Assembly: GCF_009914755.1 (NCBI RefSeq)
Contig: NC_060941.1
From: the human T2T-CHM13v2.0 reference genome, Homo sapiens
DNA length: 64,000 nt
Reading direction: 5' to 3' (one strand)
The stretch's first letter is position 1; the number at the start of each line of letters is the position of its first letter. Below, in pieces: positions 14,928-34,147 of this stretch. A program made the position numbers and the translations under genes. Below the pieces are notes generated by a model. That model was given only the letters and a program-made list of their open reading frames with translations. It made no database searches and was not told where the DNA came from.

Positions 14928-15910
14928 CTGCAGGCAGAGACCAGCGAGGGCGAGGCTGGGGCCTGCAGCACCCACCGCCCACACCTCCAGGCCCCATATG
15001 CTGTCCTGGGTCTCCCCTGCTGAGCTTGTATTTCAGGGCTTCAAGGTCCCCTGGCCTCTCCATGAGGGGCACCTCCATGAGGGAGGAGTGGAAGATACAT
15101 ACAGCCCCCCCTACCCCGCAAGGAGGCCAAACTCGCCTTTCCTTGTTTTAGGGGTCTCAGCCCTTCACTCCATAGACAGAACAGGGGCAGAGAAGCCCTG
15201 AGTTCTCCAGCACTGGGAGTGGAGGTGGCAAGACCCTGAGGGAAGGATAGGAGGGGAACGGAGGCCCCGTGCTGACCCGCCCTGCAGAGGGTGTCTGCAG
15301 TTTGGGGGTGCTGGCCTATGGGGGCAGCAGGCCTAGGGACCCCTGGGAGCACAGGCAGAATGTTTCCAGGGCAGATAATGGGATTCCCCCGCCCCACATG
15401 TCCTTCTGGGACTCAGTCCACCAACACTCCAGCCCCTACAGGAGCTGACAGAGCCGGGCAGGAGCTGGGTGCCTGAATCCAGTCGGGGGTACATCTGGCT
15501 TCCATGGGGCCCCCAGGATGAGCATGAGCTTCCAGGGGCTCACAGTGTAAAGAATGTGAGGAAAAGCAGCCAGGACCCTCTGGAAGACTGACCTGCGTCC
15601 AAGGCCACTGACCTCACAACGGCCCCTGTGACTGCTGGTTTGATCAGCCCCTCTGGTTCCCTCTGGACGGAATGGAGGATTCCCTAGTGTCCTCTCTATA
15701 ACCTGCATCTCACCTGAACCCAGGTGAGCCCCCGGGAACCTCCAAGTCATCATCACTGGGGATACCTGGTGCTTCAAGCAGGAGAGAAGATCTGGCTAAC
15801 CGCTGGGCCCCGGGCCCCAGGCAGAATATCTCCTTGAAGCTCTGAGCAGCCCCAGGGTGCACCAGCCTTCCACACTTCTGCTTTTGGTATTTCCCAGGGG
15901 CTCAGCTCAC

Positions 15911-15962
15911 CTTGGGTTCCTGCAACCAGCAGCCACACCCAGAAGAGCCTCGGAGGGGTCAT
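15911..15962 (-). CDS. LGALS3BP: LGALS3BP first coding exon (signal peptide); whole exon 15911-15985
   Basis: GCC ATG, MTPPRLFWVWLLVAGTQG; GTGAG donor; the five exons sum to 52+192+132+253+1129=1758 nt = 585 aa + stop. Confidence 0.97.
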
Positions 15963-17552
15963 GGCCGTGCCTGGATGCCCAGATCCTGCAGCAGACAGAA
16001 GCGGAGGGGTGAGGCACGGGAGCCAGATGGCCCGAGGCCCCAGGGACTGGCCTGCCCATTCACCCTTCAGCCCAACCTGGGCTGTGTGGCAGGCGGGGTC
16101 CCTCTCTTGCAGAGCCCACTATGATCCCAGTAAGTGTGACGTGTGCTGTGGATGCCCCCGCGGGGGCCCCTCACCTGGTCTGCAGTGTGGTCCTGGAAGG
16201 ATGTGTAACACTTGGCTAGATGAAGCGTGGGCTGGGGGCACCCCCTGGCAGTAAGGGCAGCAAGAATTGGTGACTAGAGGCAAGTGAGCTCATCTCAAAA
16301 AACCAGGCCCCGGGCAAGGCTGCCACACGGGCATGGGCGGGGAGATGGAGGAGGCCACAGGCGTGGGCCCAGGTCGGGAGGCCGGGTGAGCCTGGTTAAG
16401 ATCTCGGCCTTAAGCTTCAGGCAACAGACCCCTGCAGGGACTGTCCCAGAGGGTCTCAGCAGGCAGAGACGAGGCTGCAGCCTGGAGAGTGGATGGGAGG
16501 GGACTCGTCAGGAGAGGGCACAGAATCCGGGCGAGGGGTGACAGAGATAAGTGGCAGGGAGATATATCGGGGCTCCGTGGTGTTCCGATGGGGAAGATAG
16601 ATGAAAAGGGTCAGGGCTGCAGCCCAGGGTGGGCCAGGCTGGGGGAAGAACAGGGAGGAAATGCTGAAGTATCCCCAAGACACTGACACTCAGGCCAGGA
16701 CTGGGGAGGTCCGGGTCTCCACCTTCTGGCCTGGTGTTCTTGCCTCCGTGTAATTTCCACGCTTTTGTCTTCGTCTGCCTCCCTCCCCCACACCCTGCCA
16801 ATGGAGAGACAGTTATGGTTTCTCTGGCTCGGTAAGAATCCTGTGATACCTGACACTGTCCCCTCAGTTCAGCAAGCCTGGGGCAGGCCTCTGGGTGGCA
16901 CTGCTGTGGGCACCGGCTGGGAGTCTGGGCCTGGTGACCTTGAGGCTGCTTGGAGGGGGCCTGGTGGACGGCTGCAATGGCATCCCCAGAGCTTGTCGGA
17001 AATGCAGTCATGGCTGGCCTTGCCCTAGCCCCTCTGCATGGGAGTCTGCATGAACAAGCGCCCTGGGAGCTGGGTGCACTGGCTGGTGAGCAGCTTTGCT
17101 CTGGGACTCGTGCTCGCTGGCACTGTGCAGCCACCCCTTGTCGGGGCTCCCCGGGCACCACTGGAGGCCTTACCGTGACCCTGAGAACCACCTTAGTTAC
17201 ACCTCACCTTACAAGTGAATGAGCTGACACCCAGAGAGGCAAACGGGCTCCACATCCACAGTCAGTGAGCCACAGGCAGGGGGTCTGCTCGGGGGAGCCC
17301 ACCTCTCCTCCCTGTGTCAATGTCAGTAGATGGCTAAAGGGGCCAGGGTGTGACCGCCTGTCCTGTGTGCTGGGGACTGTGCTGGTTTTAGCACTGAAGT
17401 TTCCCTGTGTCCTGGGAAACCCCTCAGTCCCAGGCACGCCAGTATGGGTGGACGCCCTCTCCACTTCTGCCCCCAGCCACTTCACTCTGCTGCAGCCACT
17501 AGGTTTGTCCGTCCTGGGAGAGTAACTCAGGGCCTTGGAAAAATGGCCAACT

Positions 17553-17844
17553 GGCCAGGCGCGATGGCTCACGCCTGTAATCCCAGAACTTTGGGAGGCT
17601 GGGGCAGGTGGATCACTTGAGGTCAGGAGTTCAAGACCAGCCTGGCCAACATGGTGAAACCCCGGCTCTACTAAAAATACAAAATAATAATAATAATAAG
17701 CTGGGCATGGTGGTGTGCACCTGTAGTCCCAGCTACTCAGGAGGCTGAGGCAACAGAATTGCTTGAATCCGGCAGGCAGAGATTGTAGTGAGCCGCTGCA
17801 CTCCAGCCTGGGTGACAGAGCAAGACTCTGTCTCAAAAAAAAAA
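17553..17844 (+). mobile_element. Alu SINE
   Basis: Alu consensus with (TAA)n middle region. Confidence 0.92.
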
Positions 17845-18182
17845 GGGGGGGGCAACGAAGCACCTGGCAGGTGGCGTCGCTGCCCTTTGTGTGGCAGCGG
17901 CTATTTTTGCCTGATTCCTTCATACAGTTGAGACCCGGCTGCCTGTGTTGGCCCCTTCGTGCAAATCAGAAAAAAAGGTGCTCTTCCTTGGAGTGGGTGC
18001 AGGCCTAGGCCAAATGCACAGGTCTGAGAGAGGGCCAAGCTGAATTCTAACCCACTTGCCCTTTGGCTGGTATCCTTGTGCAGTGAGTAATCTGCCCAAC
18101 TGTACACAGAGGCCCTGTGGGCCTGGGAGCAGCAATGATTGTTGCTGGACTCAGGAGCCCTGGATCCCCAGCTCCAGGCCTA

Positions 18183-18738
<556 letters not shown>

Positions 18739-18750
<12 letters not shown>

Positions 18751-18786
18751 CAGAAACCACCTGACATAGATGTCTTCCGGGATTGG
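18739..18786 (-). promoter_or_regulatory. LGALS3BP: LGALS3BP TATA-less core promoter: IRF-E/ISRE plus CCAAT
   Basis: minus strand GAAATCGAAAGT (GAAANNGAAA) at 18739-18750; CCAATC at 18781-18786. Confidence 0.75.
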
Positions 18787-19811
18787 CTGCTGCTGATACT
18801 CCCCAGGGCCCCTCTCTTTTGTCTCAGCTCTGCCTGTGGCTATCAGTGCCAGGCTGGCAGAGGCCCAAGGTGGGAGTCTGGCTGGAGCAAGGCCTGCAAG
18901 AGGACTAACAGCCACACTCAGTTGGAAAGGCCGCCAGGCTGGTCAGGGGCTGGCGTTTGGTGGACGGGAGGGGAAGAAGCAGAGGCTCTGGGCCCAGACA
19001 GTCTGCACCTGGTGGTGTGGCTGTGGACTCTGACAGAGCGCTCCGAGTCTTTTCCTGGGTCTAGCACGTTGCTGGCTGGGTGAACACCACACAGGGGGCT
19101 GCTCATGTGCAAATCCACCCTCTCTGTGCTCTTGGCATGCTGACCACACAGAGGGCCTGTGCCCCACAAGGTTGCATGGCACTGTCCCCTGTCCCCAGGG
19201 GAGGGAGGCACTGAGAACCAGGTATGCAGCTGGCCAGTGGAGGAGCTGGACCCTGCTCCAACACCTGACCCCAGAGCCTGTGCTCGCCACTGCTGGACCT
19301 GTGGCCACTCTCCTACTGTCTCCCCCTCAGCGGGGCGGGGGACAGAGCCTCTCTGGGTGACATAATGGCTCTGTCCAGCTCATACCCATTCCCTTTCCTC
19401 CCACTGAAAGCCGGCACCTCAACTGTCCCTTGGGGAGCACCCCCTCCCATTCCCGGCTGTGTGGTTCCCAGAGGGCCCCCAGCTCTTGGCCTTCAACCAC
19501 CCAAGGCCTGGCTGTCTGAGCCCTGCGGGGGCCCCGGGCCACACTGCTGGTTTCAGGGTGGGGCTGTGAGCCCAGCCAGCCGGTGAGAGCCAGCTTCTGA
19601 CTGAGAGGATGTGGGCCCAGGCTGCTGGGGCCGGTGGGGCAGAGCAGAGGGAAGCAGGCATCCTCCGGCCTGAGCTCCTGGGTCCAGCTGGCCTAATCCA
19701 TGGTCAAGGCTGGGCTTCACTGCTCAGTGAGGCAATCAGCAGCCGCTCTTGTTTCTGTCACTTGCACCCCATGGTTCTGGATGAGCCTTGGGATGTGCCC
19801 AGGCCTCTGAC

Positions 19812-19945
19812 CAGTGGTTCTCAGCCTGGGCTGGACAGAAGAATCATCAGGGAGTTTTACAAACTCCTAATGCCTAGACCCAGGAAGTCACCATCTCTGG
19901 GAGTAGGGGACAGGCAGGGGCATTTAAAAGCCCCCAGGCAGTCCC
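19812..19945 (+). mobile_element. MER5A-like hAT DNA transposon fragment
   Basis: cagtggttctcagcct...agaatcatcagggag resembles the MER5A start. Confidence 0.6.
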
Positions 19946-20769
19946 ACTGGGTGGAAGGCCCTGGTTCCCTGGCAGCTTAGAGTCCGAGACAGCCAGCCCA
20001 GAGGTCAGACATTCAATGACTATTTCCTTCAAGGTGTGAGGTTTTAGGCAGCTGCACGGTTTGCCTAATCCCCTCCAGAGGAACTGTGAAGATCCAGGGG
20101 CAGGTGCAGCTGGAAATAGAACTGGCTGTGGGGAGTTTAAAAAAATCTCATCCGGATTAAGGGCCTGAGTGCACAGAAACCCCAGCATCATCCCTTCTCA
20201 GCAGTGCTAATGACTTCTGCCCAAGTGGCCAGGGAAGGACAGGAGTGCAGAGGACGGGAGGGCATCTCTGGGAAGTGCTGGGAAAGGTTTTAAAACTCAG
20301 GTGCCGAATCTTTAGCCCCAGAGTCCGGGAAAGTCCTAAGCCATCCAGGCAGGTAAAATGGAAAACCCAGAGGCCTCCTCGTGGAATCGGAGCACCAACA
20401 TCTGCTCCCCTGGGGCTCGCAAGGCCTTTCCGGTGTGCGATGACCATGGGGTGGAGGGAAGCGCTGACAGGGGACAGGCAGGGGAAGGGGCAGCGGCTCG
20501 GCTCTGAGAAGACAGCTGGGTGAAAGCCTCAGATTCGTGTGGACAGAACTGCTGTCATCAGGAAGCCGCTCCCAAGACATGGAAGGGAAAGTGCGGGGCA
20601 TTTCAGAGATGAGAATGGTTAACTGGCCTGTAAGGTCATCTTTTGTGCCTCTACCCCAAACCTCTCCGCAAATTGAGGAACGCTCCCTATAATAGCTAAT
20701 ATGGATTTCGCCAGGCATTACTATAAGCCTTGCCACAAATGAATGCATTTAATACTTCCAGCCATGATG

Positions 20770-20890
20770 GGAAGCAGCTGCTCTTATATTCCCTGTTACA
20801 GATGAGAAAACAGAGGCTCAGTGAGGCGACGTAATCGGCTAAAGTTGTGCAGCTGGTAGGGGAAGAACTGGGGTTTCAAACCCATCCTTT
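20770..20890 (+). mobile_element. MIR SINE
   Basis: ttacagatgagaaaacagaggctcagtgagg core. Confidence 0.75.
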
Positions 20891-20969
20891 CCTTCTTTTT
20901 AAAAATTGGCTTTCTTGGCATATAATTTACGTGCAAAGTTTTGGCAAATGTGTAGCGATGGTATCATGA

Positions 20970-23860
<2,891 letters not shown>

Positions 23861-24426
23861 GGTTGTCCCAGCACCATGGTGGGAAGACAGTCTTTTGTAT
23901 TTCAGGTGAATTACCCTGGCTCTTTTGTCAAAAGTCAATGGGCCACATCCATAAGGGTCTATTTCTGGACCCTATTCTGTCTCACTTGTCGGTGTCTGTT
24001 TTTCTTATGGCAATACTACACTGTTTTGATTACTTACAGCATTATATTAAGTCTTGAAGCCAGATAGTATAAGTCCTTCAACTTTGCTTTTCTTTTTCAA
24101 AATCAAGTCTGTAGACCCATGAAGACGTATACTGTTTTGTTCTTTTGAGTCTCTGATTTCTTTCATCAGTGTTTTGTAGTTTCAGGATGTAGATGTCACA
24201 CATCTTTTGTTAGACTTATACGTAACTATTTCCCGATTTTTGGTGCTACTGTAATTGACAATGTTTAAAAATTTTACAATTTCTAGTTGTTCACTGCAGT
24301 TATAATAAAGTTAAATTTTGTATGTGGAATTAATATATTAATATGTTAAATATTAATGTATTAAATTTAACATATTAATATATATTAAATATTAATATAT
24401 TAAATTTAGTATGTGTAGTTTCGTGG

Positions 24427-24718
24427 TTTTTTTGAGACAGAGTCTCGCTCTGTTACCCAGGCTGGAGTATAGTCGTACAAATACTGCTAACTGCAGCCCC
24501 AATCTCCTGGGCTCAAGTGATCCTCCCACTTCAGCCTCCCATGTAGCTGGGACCACAGGCAGGCGTGACCACATCCAGCTAATCTTTACATTTTTTTGTA
24601 GAGACAGGGTCTTGCTATGTTGCTCAGGCTGGTCTTGAACTCCTGGGCTTAAGTGATTCTCTTGCCTGAGCCTCCCAAAGTGCTGGGATTACTAAAGGCG
24701 TGAGCCACCATGCCTAGC
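24427..24718 (-). mobile_element. Alu SINE (AluJ-like)
   Basis: reverse Alu. Confidence 0.9.
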
Positions 24719-24961
24719 CTCGTAGTTATTTTTTGAAGATTTCTTAGGCTTGTCTAGCTAGTCAAAGCTTGTCACTGGCGAATAAAGATAGTTCTATTCC
24801 TTCTTTTCAAATCTGAATAACTTCCTTTTTTTTTCTTTTGCACCAATAGGATGAGGAATAAAAGTGATGAGAGCAATGTCAGTTTCCTGGGTTTGGTAAA
24901 TGTACTGTGCTTAGGTAATCAGTACACTGGAGGGAGCCACATGAATGCTGCACAGAAACAC

Positions 24962-25848
24962 GACTGCTGGCCCCGCTTATCTGCAGTTTCACTTACTGCA
25001 GTTTCAGTTACCCACGGTCAACTGAGGTCTGAAAATATTAAATGGAAGATTCCAGAAATAATTCATAAGTTTTAAATTGCATACTGTTCCTAGTGGGATG
25101 AAATATTGTGTCATCCTGCTCTTTCCCTTCTTCATCACAAGGGCGAGTACAGTACACTAAGATATTTAGAGAGAGACCACATGCACATAACTCTTATTTT
25201 AGACTATTGTTCTAATTGTTCTATTTACTATGTTACTGTTAATCTCTTACTGTGCCTAATTTATGAATTAAGCTTTATCGCAGGTATGAATGTAGAACAG
25301 TAAATTCCACATTATCTATGGTTTCAGGCATCCACTGCGGGTCTTGGAATGTATCCCCCACAGAAGGGGGATATGAACCAAAAAGTATCTGAGACTGTTC
25401 TCAACCAGTTAATTTTGCCAAGGTCAAGGATAAGGCCAGGGAGGCAAAACAAAACGTGACAAAACACGGAATCGCTGAAACAGTCTGTGGTCTGTGCCTT
25501 TCTCCAAAGGTGACTTTGAGGGCTTCCATATTTAAAGGGGAAAAGCAGGCTGGAGGGGGAAGTGGGAGGGTCCGGTCCTAGTGCTGCCGCCACGGGTTGC
25601 AAGAGAAGAGAAGCAGGCAGGGGAACAGTCAATCGTGTATTCATCTGGTGCTCAGTAAATTGGCACTTCACATAAGATAAGGTGAGCACAGTAGCTACCT
25701 GCCGAGGTCTTTAGCCTTTCCTCTGTCGCTCTCTGCTTAGGAACAAGAGGAAAGGCAGCTGCTTGCATGACTCAGCTCTCAGCTTCCTGTTTTTTCCTAT
25801 TGGAAGGGTGCATTGCGGTTTTTATTTTCCTTTCATAGGACCTACTGT
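24962..25848 (+). mobile_element. MER44 (Tigger-family) DNA transposon split near its right TIR by an LTR
   Basis: ccccgcttatctgcagtttcac...ggcatccactgcgggtcttggaatgtatccccc...ggacctactgta termini. Confidence 0.7.
25372..25837 (-). mobile_element. MER4-group ERV1 solo LTR
   Basis: minus strand starts TATGAAAGGAAAATAAAA and ends ...TTTTGGTTCATA; internal AATAAA-like and TTTAAA motifs typical of MER4 LTRs. Confidence 0.7.
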
Positions 25849-26074
25849 ATTTTTGCAACTTCTGTGTGGTTCAAAATTTTATTTCAAAGGAAAAAATGGT
25901 GGGGAAGAAAGTGGTGAAAGCAGACACTCTTGCGTTGTTCCTCAGGGGGAAGGCATTCAGTGTCTGACCGTGAAGTAGGAGCTTAGCTGTGGACTTCTCA
26001 CCGGAGCCCTTCATCGGGTTAAGGATGTTCCCTAACGGGTTTTTTGGCTTTTTGTTTAGAATTGGATTGGGTGA

Positions 26075-26448
<374 letters not shown>

Positions 26449-26544
26449 CCTTTTTAGTCTTCATATGAATTTCATTGATTGATTTCAGAATACTGAACTA
26501 ACCCTGTATTCCTAGAATAAACCACACCTATCGTGAAGTATTCT

Positions 26545-27678
<1,134 letters not shown>

Positions 27679-27715
27679 TTCTAATTTTTGATTATTGCTG
27701 AATTTGGCTTGCTAA

Positions 27716-29076
<1,361 letters not shown>

Positions 29077-30099
29077 TTAACACGTGGAATGAAAGAAACT
29101 GAATCTCGTTTTTTTGTCCAGTTGAGGTGACTGGAGAGTCTTCCATTTGCAGATGAGCTGTGTGCCGGACCCATGAGTGTGGAGCCGGCAGTCACTGCCC
29201 CACGAGTCCCGCATGTCACAGCTTCTTAAACAGATGGTCAAGAGCTTACATGCGGTTCCTTATCCCAACCCGCCGCGGCCCGATGCGCCCTGGCTTTTTC
29301 TGGAACTGTTGTTCTGTGGATCCTCGCCGAGAACGCCCAGTTCTCCTTGCTGCTCAGTCATGGAGTCTCTCTGGGGACCCCGCTGCCGCGCTGGTCCTTC
29401 TGCAGAGGCCGCCTCCCTGCAGCGCTGTCTTGGTCAGGCTCCCAGCAGGAAAAGACGACACCCGAATGAAGATCATCTAAGGAGGCTTCAGTGAAGGGAC
29501 CATTTACCACGGATGAGACAGCAGGGCGTGCGGGCGGCACGAGGGGCCGCTGTAGCATCTGGAGCTGCTAACAGTGGAGCTGTCACTCCCATGTCACACT
29601 CCCAGGCCAGAAGAGACCAGGGGAGGGGACTCAGCCCAGACACTGGGAGTGGCACCAGGGGGCTGCCTTGAGAGGCGAGTGCCAGAGAGAGTCAGGGACT
29701 CCCCAGGGGCCATCCCAGAGGGCACTGAGGAGGTTCACTGGGTCTGGGACCCGGAGGAGGCGGGGAAGGAGAGTGGGTCTGAAGGGTAAGGGGTCGATGT
29801 GGGTGCAATTGCCCTTTCTGATTCCGCTCTCCCGGTTTTCTGTCCCTCTCTGGCCGCCCCTGTCCTGTCTCTAGTTGAGGTCTTTCTTGGCCAGTGCCTG
29901 CCTCCCTGGCGCCTGTGGTTTCAGTGATGGGGATTCTTCCATGCGTCACTTGGAGCGACCTCGTCTGTTCCTGTGGACTCACTGACACACTAAAGACACC
30001 AGCTCAGCCCTGACCTCTCACCTGAGCGCCTCCTTACCAAGTCATCCAGATGGCTCCCCAGGGATGAGCAGCAACAAAACGGGCACGTGGGTGCCCAGC

Positions 30100-30320
30100 A
30101 CACGTCAGGTGATGTTCTAAGCCCCTTGCGCGTACCCAGTCACTTACCGTTCACTGCAGCCCCGGGATGAGCTCTGCGATGAGCATCCTTTTGCAGACGA
30201 GGACACTGAAGCACAGGAAAGTTAGGTCATTTGCCTAAGGACATGCAGCTGGATGGGGACAGAGCCAGGATCGGGCTTGCAGTGGCTTCAGACCCCACCT
30301 TTCTGACCACAGCGCTCGTG
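30100..30320 (+). mobile_element. MIR SINE
   Basis: ttttgcagacgaggacactgaagcacaggaaagttaggtcatttgcctaagg core. Confidence 0.65.
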
Positions 30321-30501
30321 CTCTTGGAGCGCCTTGAGATAGTGGGACAAGGCGGACTGGAGGACGCAGTTTCCAGATGGGATGCCCTGGCGGGCGACTC
30401 CCGTGCGCATGCCCAGCATCCTGCGCAGGCGCTCTCGTGGCCAGGCCTCTGCAAACAGTCAGCACAGACCGGGAGACAGAAAACTACACTCCCTCAGACG
30501 C

Positions 30502-30507
30502 TTTATT
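30502..30507 (-). terminator. CANT1: CANT1 polyadenylation signal AATAAA (end of ~1.8 kb 3'UTR)
   Basis: tttatt on +; GU/U-rich downstream element on - (GTGTAGTTTTCTGTCT). Confidence 0.8.
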
Positions 30508-32084
30508 GTTTACAAAACAGATGGATCCCATAGGGAAGGAACACAATCATTATGCTGACAGCAGCGAACAGAGAGGGGAAGAAAAAAGGTGAGCTTTAAA
30601 GTAATCGCAAATCACTGCCTATGCGAAGAGGCTGCTTCCGGGCACCTGGGCTGTGACTCAGGTGCTGACATGAATACATCAGCAAGGTCTCAATTCAGCC
30701 ACAGTCCCAAGTCCCCCAACCTTCCTGATTGCATCTCTATTTTAAATGACCCAGCCTGGACATCAAGGACAATGATCTAGGAGGCGGGTCAAGGAGACAG
30801 CCAGGCAAAGTCAGAACAGACTTGGGGCTTCCAGGCTATGCCCGGTGACAGCTGAGCTCTTCAGAAATGCGTCACATTCAGCGTTCACTTCCTTCGCTTC
30901 CTCCACTACCTATGACATAGCGGGGGAAAGAGACAACCATGAGAGAGGGGTCCCTCCTCGCTGCCCTCCTCGCAGCTGTGCTTGAGTTTCAAAGGGGGAG
31001 AGGTTTGTGAGGGACCGGCACAGGGACAGCCAGAGCCGGCACCCTCCGGCCCACCGTGGCACCCCTGACGATCGCGGGGTGGGGTAGGAGTGAGGGTGGG
31101 GGTCGGGGTGAGGTAGTGCTGTGGGGAGGGCACTGTGAATGATGGAAACGTCCCTTCTCAGCCTGGGTCGTGCCTAACCTGGGTCTCAAATCCCACTCTG
31201 CCTTCACCCTGGAGTACACTCCAGCGAAGCCGAGGCCCAGCCAACGCTCGTGAAGTTTCCACAGAGAAGAGCCTGCAAAACTCCCACTGGAAGAGGAGAA
31301 ATAAAGGCCATGGAAAGAAACCCCAGGGAAGAGACAGGCCTCGTTCACAGACCCTAGGCAGGGAATAAAAAATTCAAGTCATTCACAGAAGTCTTGAAAG
31401 GCATGAGGATTTCTGACAGTTCCTAGAAAAAGGCAACATTTTCTTTATCTTTGTATCCATTGGCCAAGAACGCCGACATGTGAGACTTGCTTCACCAGCC
31501 GCCACCGCTTCCTTACAATCTCCCGCACTGCTGGAGCGGGCTGGGTAACTACAGGACTGTGCTCTGTGTGATAAGATTTGGTGATTCCACTTTATAAGAA
31601 AGGAAACTGCTTTAATTAAAGCAGGTTAATAATTAAAACTTCAAAGTACTGCACAGCCACAGAATTTTCTTGAAGGGAGAAAGCGGTCACTGGCCATATG
31701 ATGCGGAGATGGTTTTATCTGAGGCCTGAGAACCAACAGATGTGCCTGCGCCCTGGCCTGTGCAGCTGTGGGCAGATGTGTCCCCAGGGGCCTGCCCTCA
31801 CTCGTGACCATGCAATACCCTGCAACATAAACATTTTCTTTTCCAAGGATCTGCAGGGGTGGACATGATGCTCCAGGCACAGAGTAGGAAGAAAAGGGGG
31901 TGACCTGGGGTTCCCAGCAAACAGGTCCACCTCATGCTCACTGCGTTCTCAGGGTGAGGCATAGGGCCTGACATATGGTAGGAGCTCTAGGGATATTCAC
32001 TGAACAAAAGAACATAGGAAAGAAAAGAAACGAGGTCGGATGGAAGAAACGACCCAGCCAGTTAGGCAGGCCTTGAGTCAATGC

Positions 32085-32118
32085 CTGAAGTGACCGAAAT
32101 CACCACCAGATGGCAGCA
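32085..32118 (+). promoter_or_regulatory. CTCF motif with upstream module in CANT1 3'UTR
   Basis: CCACCAGATGGCAGCA at 32103-32118 matches the core consensus; CTGAAGTGACC just upstream resembles the ZF9-11 module. Confidence 0.65.
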
Positions 32119-32318
32119 TGGAAAGCAGTTCAGACCGCGGCCTCCGTGGGGCCCGGGGGTCCAGTGCCCGCACCACTATGGGGCCCGGGACTGGGCTCCC
32201 TGTCCAGACCTCCAACCCAGGCACAGTTCCAAAAAGAACAAAACAAAACAAAAGTGCACTCCTCTTGTTTTTATAAAAGCTGAGTCCTGATGGCCTTGCT
32301 CAGTGTTTCCGTTTTGAG

Positions 32319-32711
<393 letters not shown>

Positions 32712-33357
32712 TCAGACACGCATGCGGCCTGGTGTGCCCAGCCCCACACCATCAGGCCGTGCGCAGTAGCAGGCAAGGGGCTGCGACCACCAGGGCCCAC
32801 CAGCTCACAGCAACCCGCCCCTCCCTGCTCTCCAGGATTCTGGAAGGTTCTGTGTTCTCGGTTATCCCATGCAGGGAACCTGCAGCACCCGCTCCCTTGA
32901 AGCCTCCTCCCGTTCCACCGAGAGCTGCCTGTGAGCTGCATCAGGGATTTGGGCTCATCGGAGCCTCCTCGGGGCTGATCCAGAGGAACCCAAGGAAAGG
33001 GAACAAACCCCCATTGGATGTGGGGAGGCATCGGCGGGGAGGCTGCCTTGAGGCTGCAAGGAAGAGGAGACAGCGTCTGGGGCCCCAGGCACAGACTCAG
33101 TCACTTCCTCCTGAACCTCAGGCACCTAAGGCCTACTCCATCCTGACTAGGGGGAGGCCAAAGTGCTGCTGGCCCTATGTTGGTGTGGAACACCACGGCC
33201 CAGCGCCAGGGGTAGGGACAGGGCCTGACCCACCAGTGCAGACAACCGGGCCACAGGCTGGGATGCTAGGAGGCCAGCTGCCAGGGCGAGTGGGGCAGGA
33301 AAGAGAAAACAGCTCATTTGCCGCCAGAATCCACTGGCCTGAGGGAAGCCACCATCA

Positions 33358-33990
<633 letters not shown>

Positions 33991-34009
33991 CTGGCCAAGC
34001 AGAGTGTCC

Positions 34010-34147
34010 TTAGGCCCCGCACCCAGCTCCCGCCGCACCCCTGCACCTGGCTCCCACCCGGCCCCGCACCTGTCCTTAGACCCCGCACCTGACTCCCGCC
34101 CGGCTCCACACCTGCCTCCCCTCCGGCCCGCACCTGGCTCCCGCCCA
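34010..34147. repeat. degenerate GC-rich minisatellite (~23 bp)
   Basis: repeated ccccgcacct(g/a)gctccc motifs. Confidence 0.7.
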
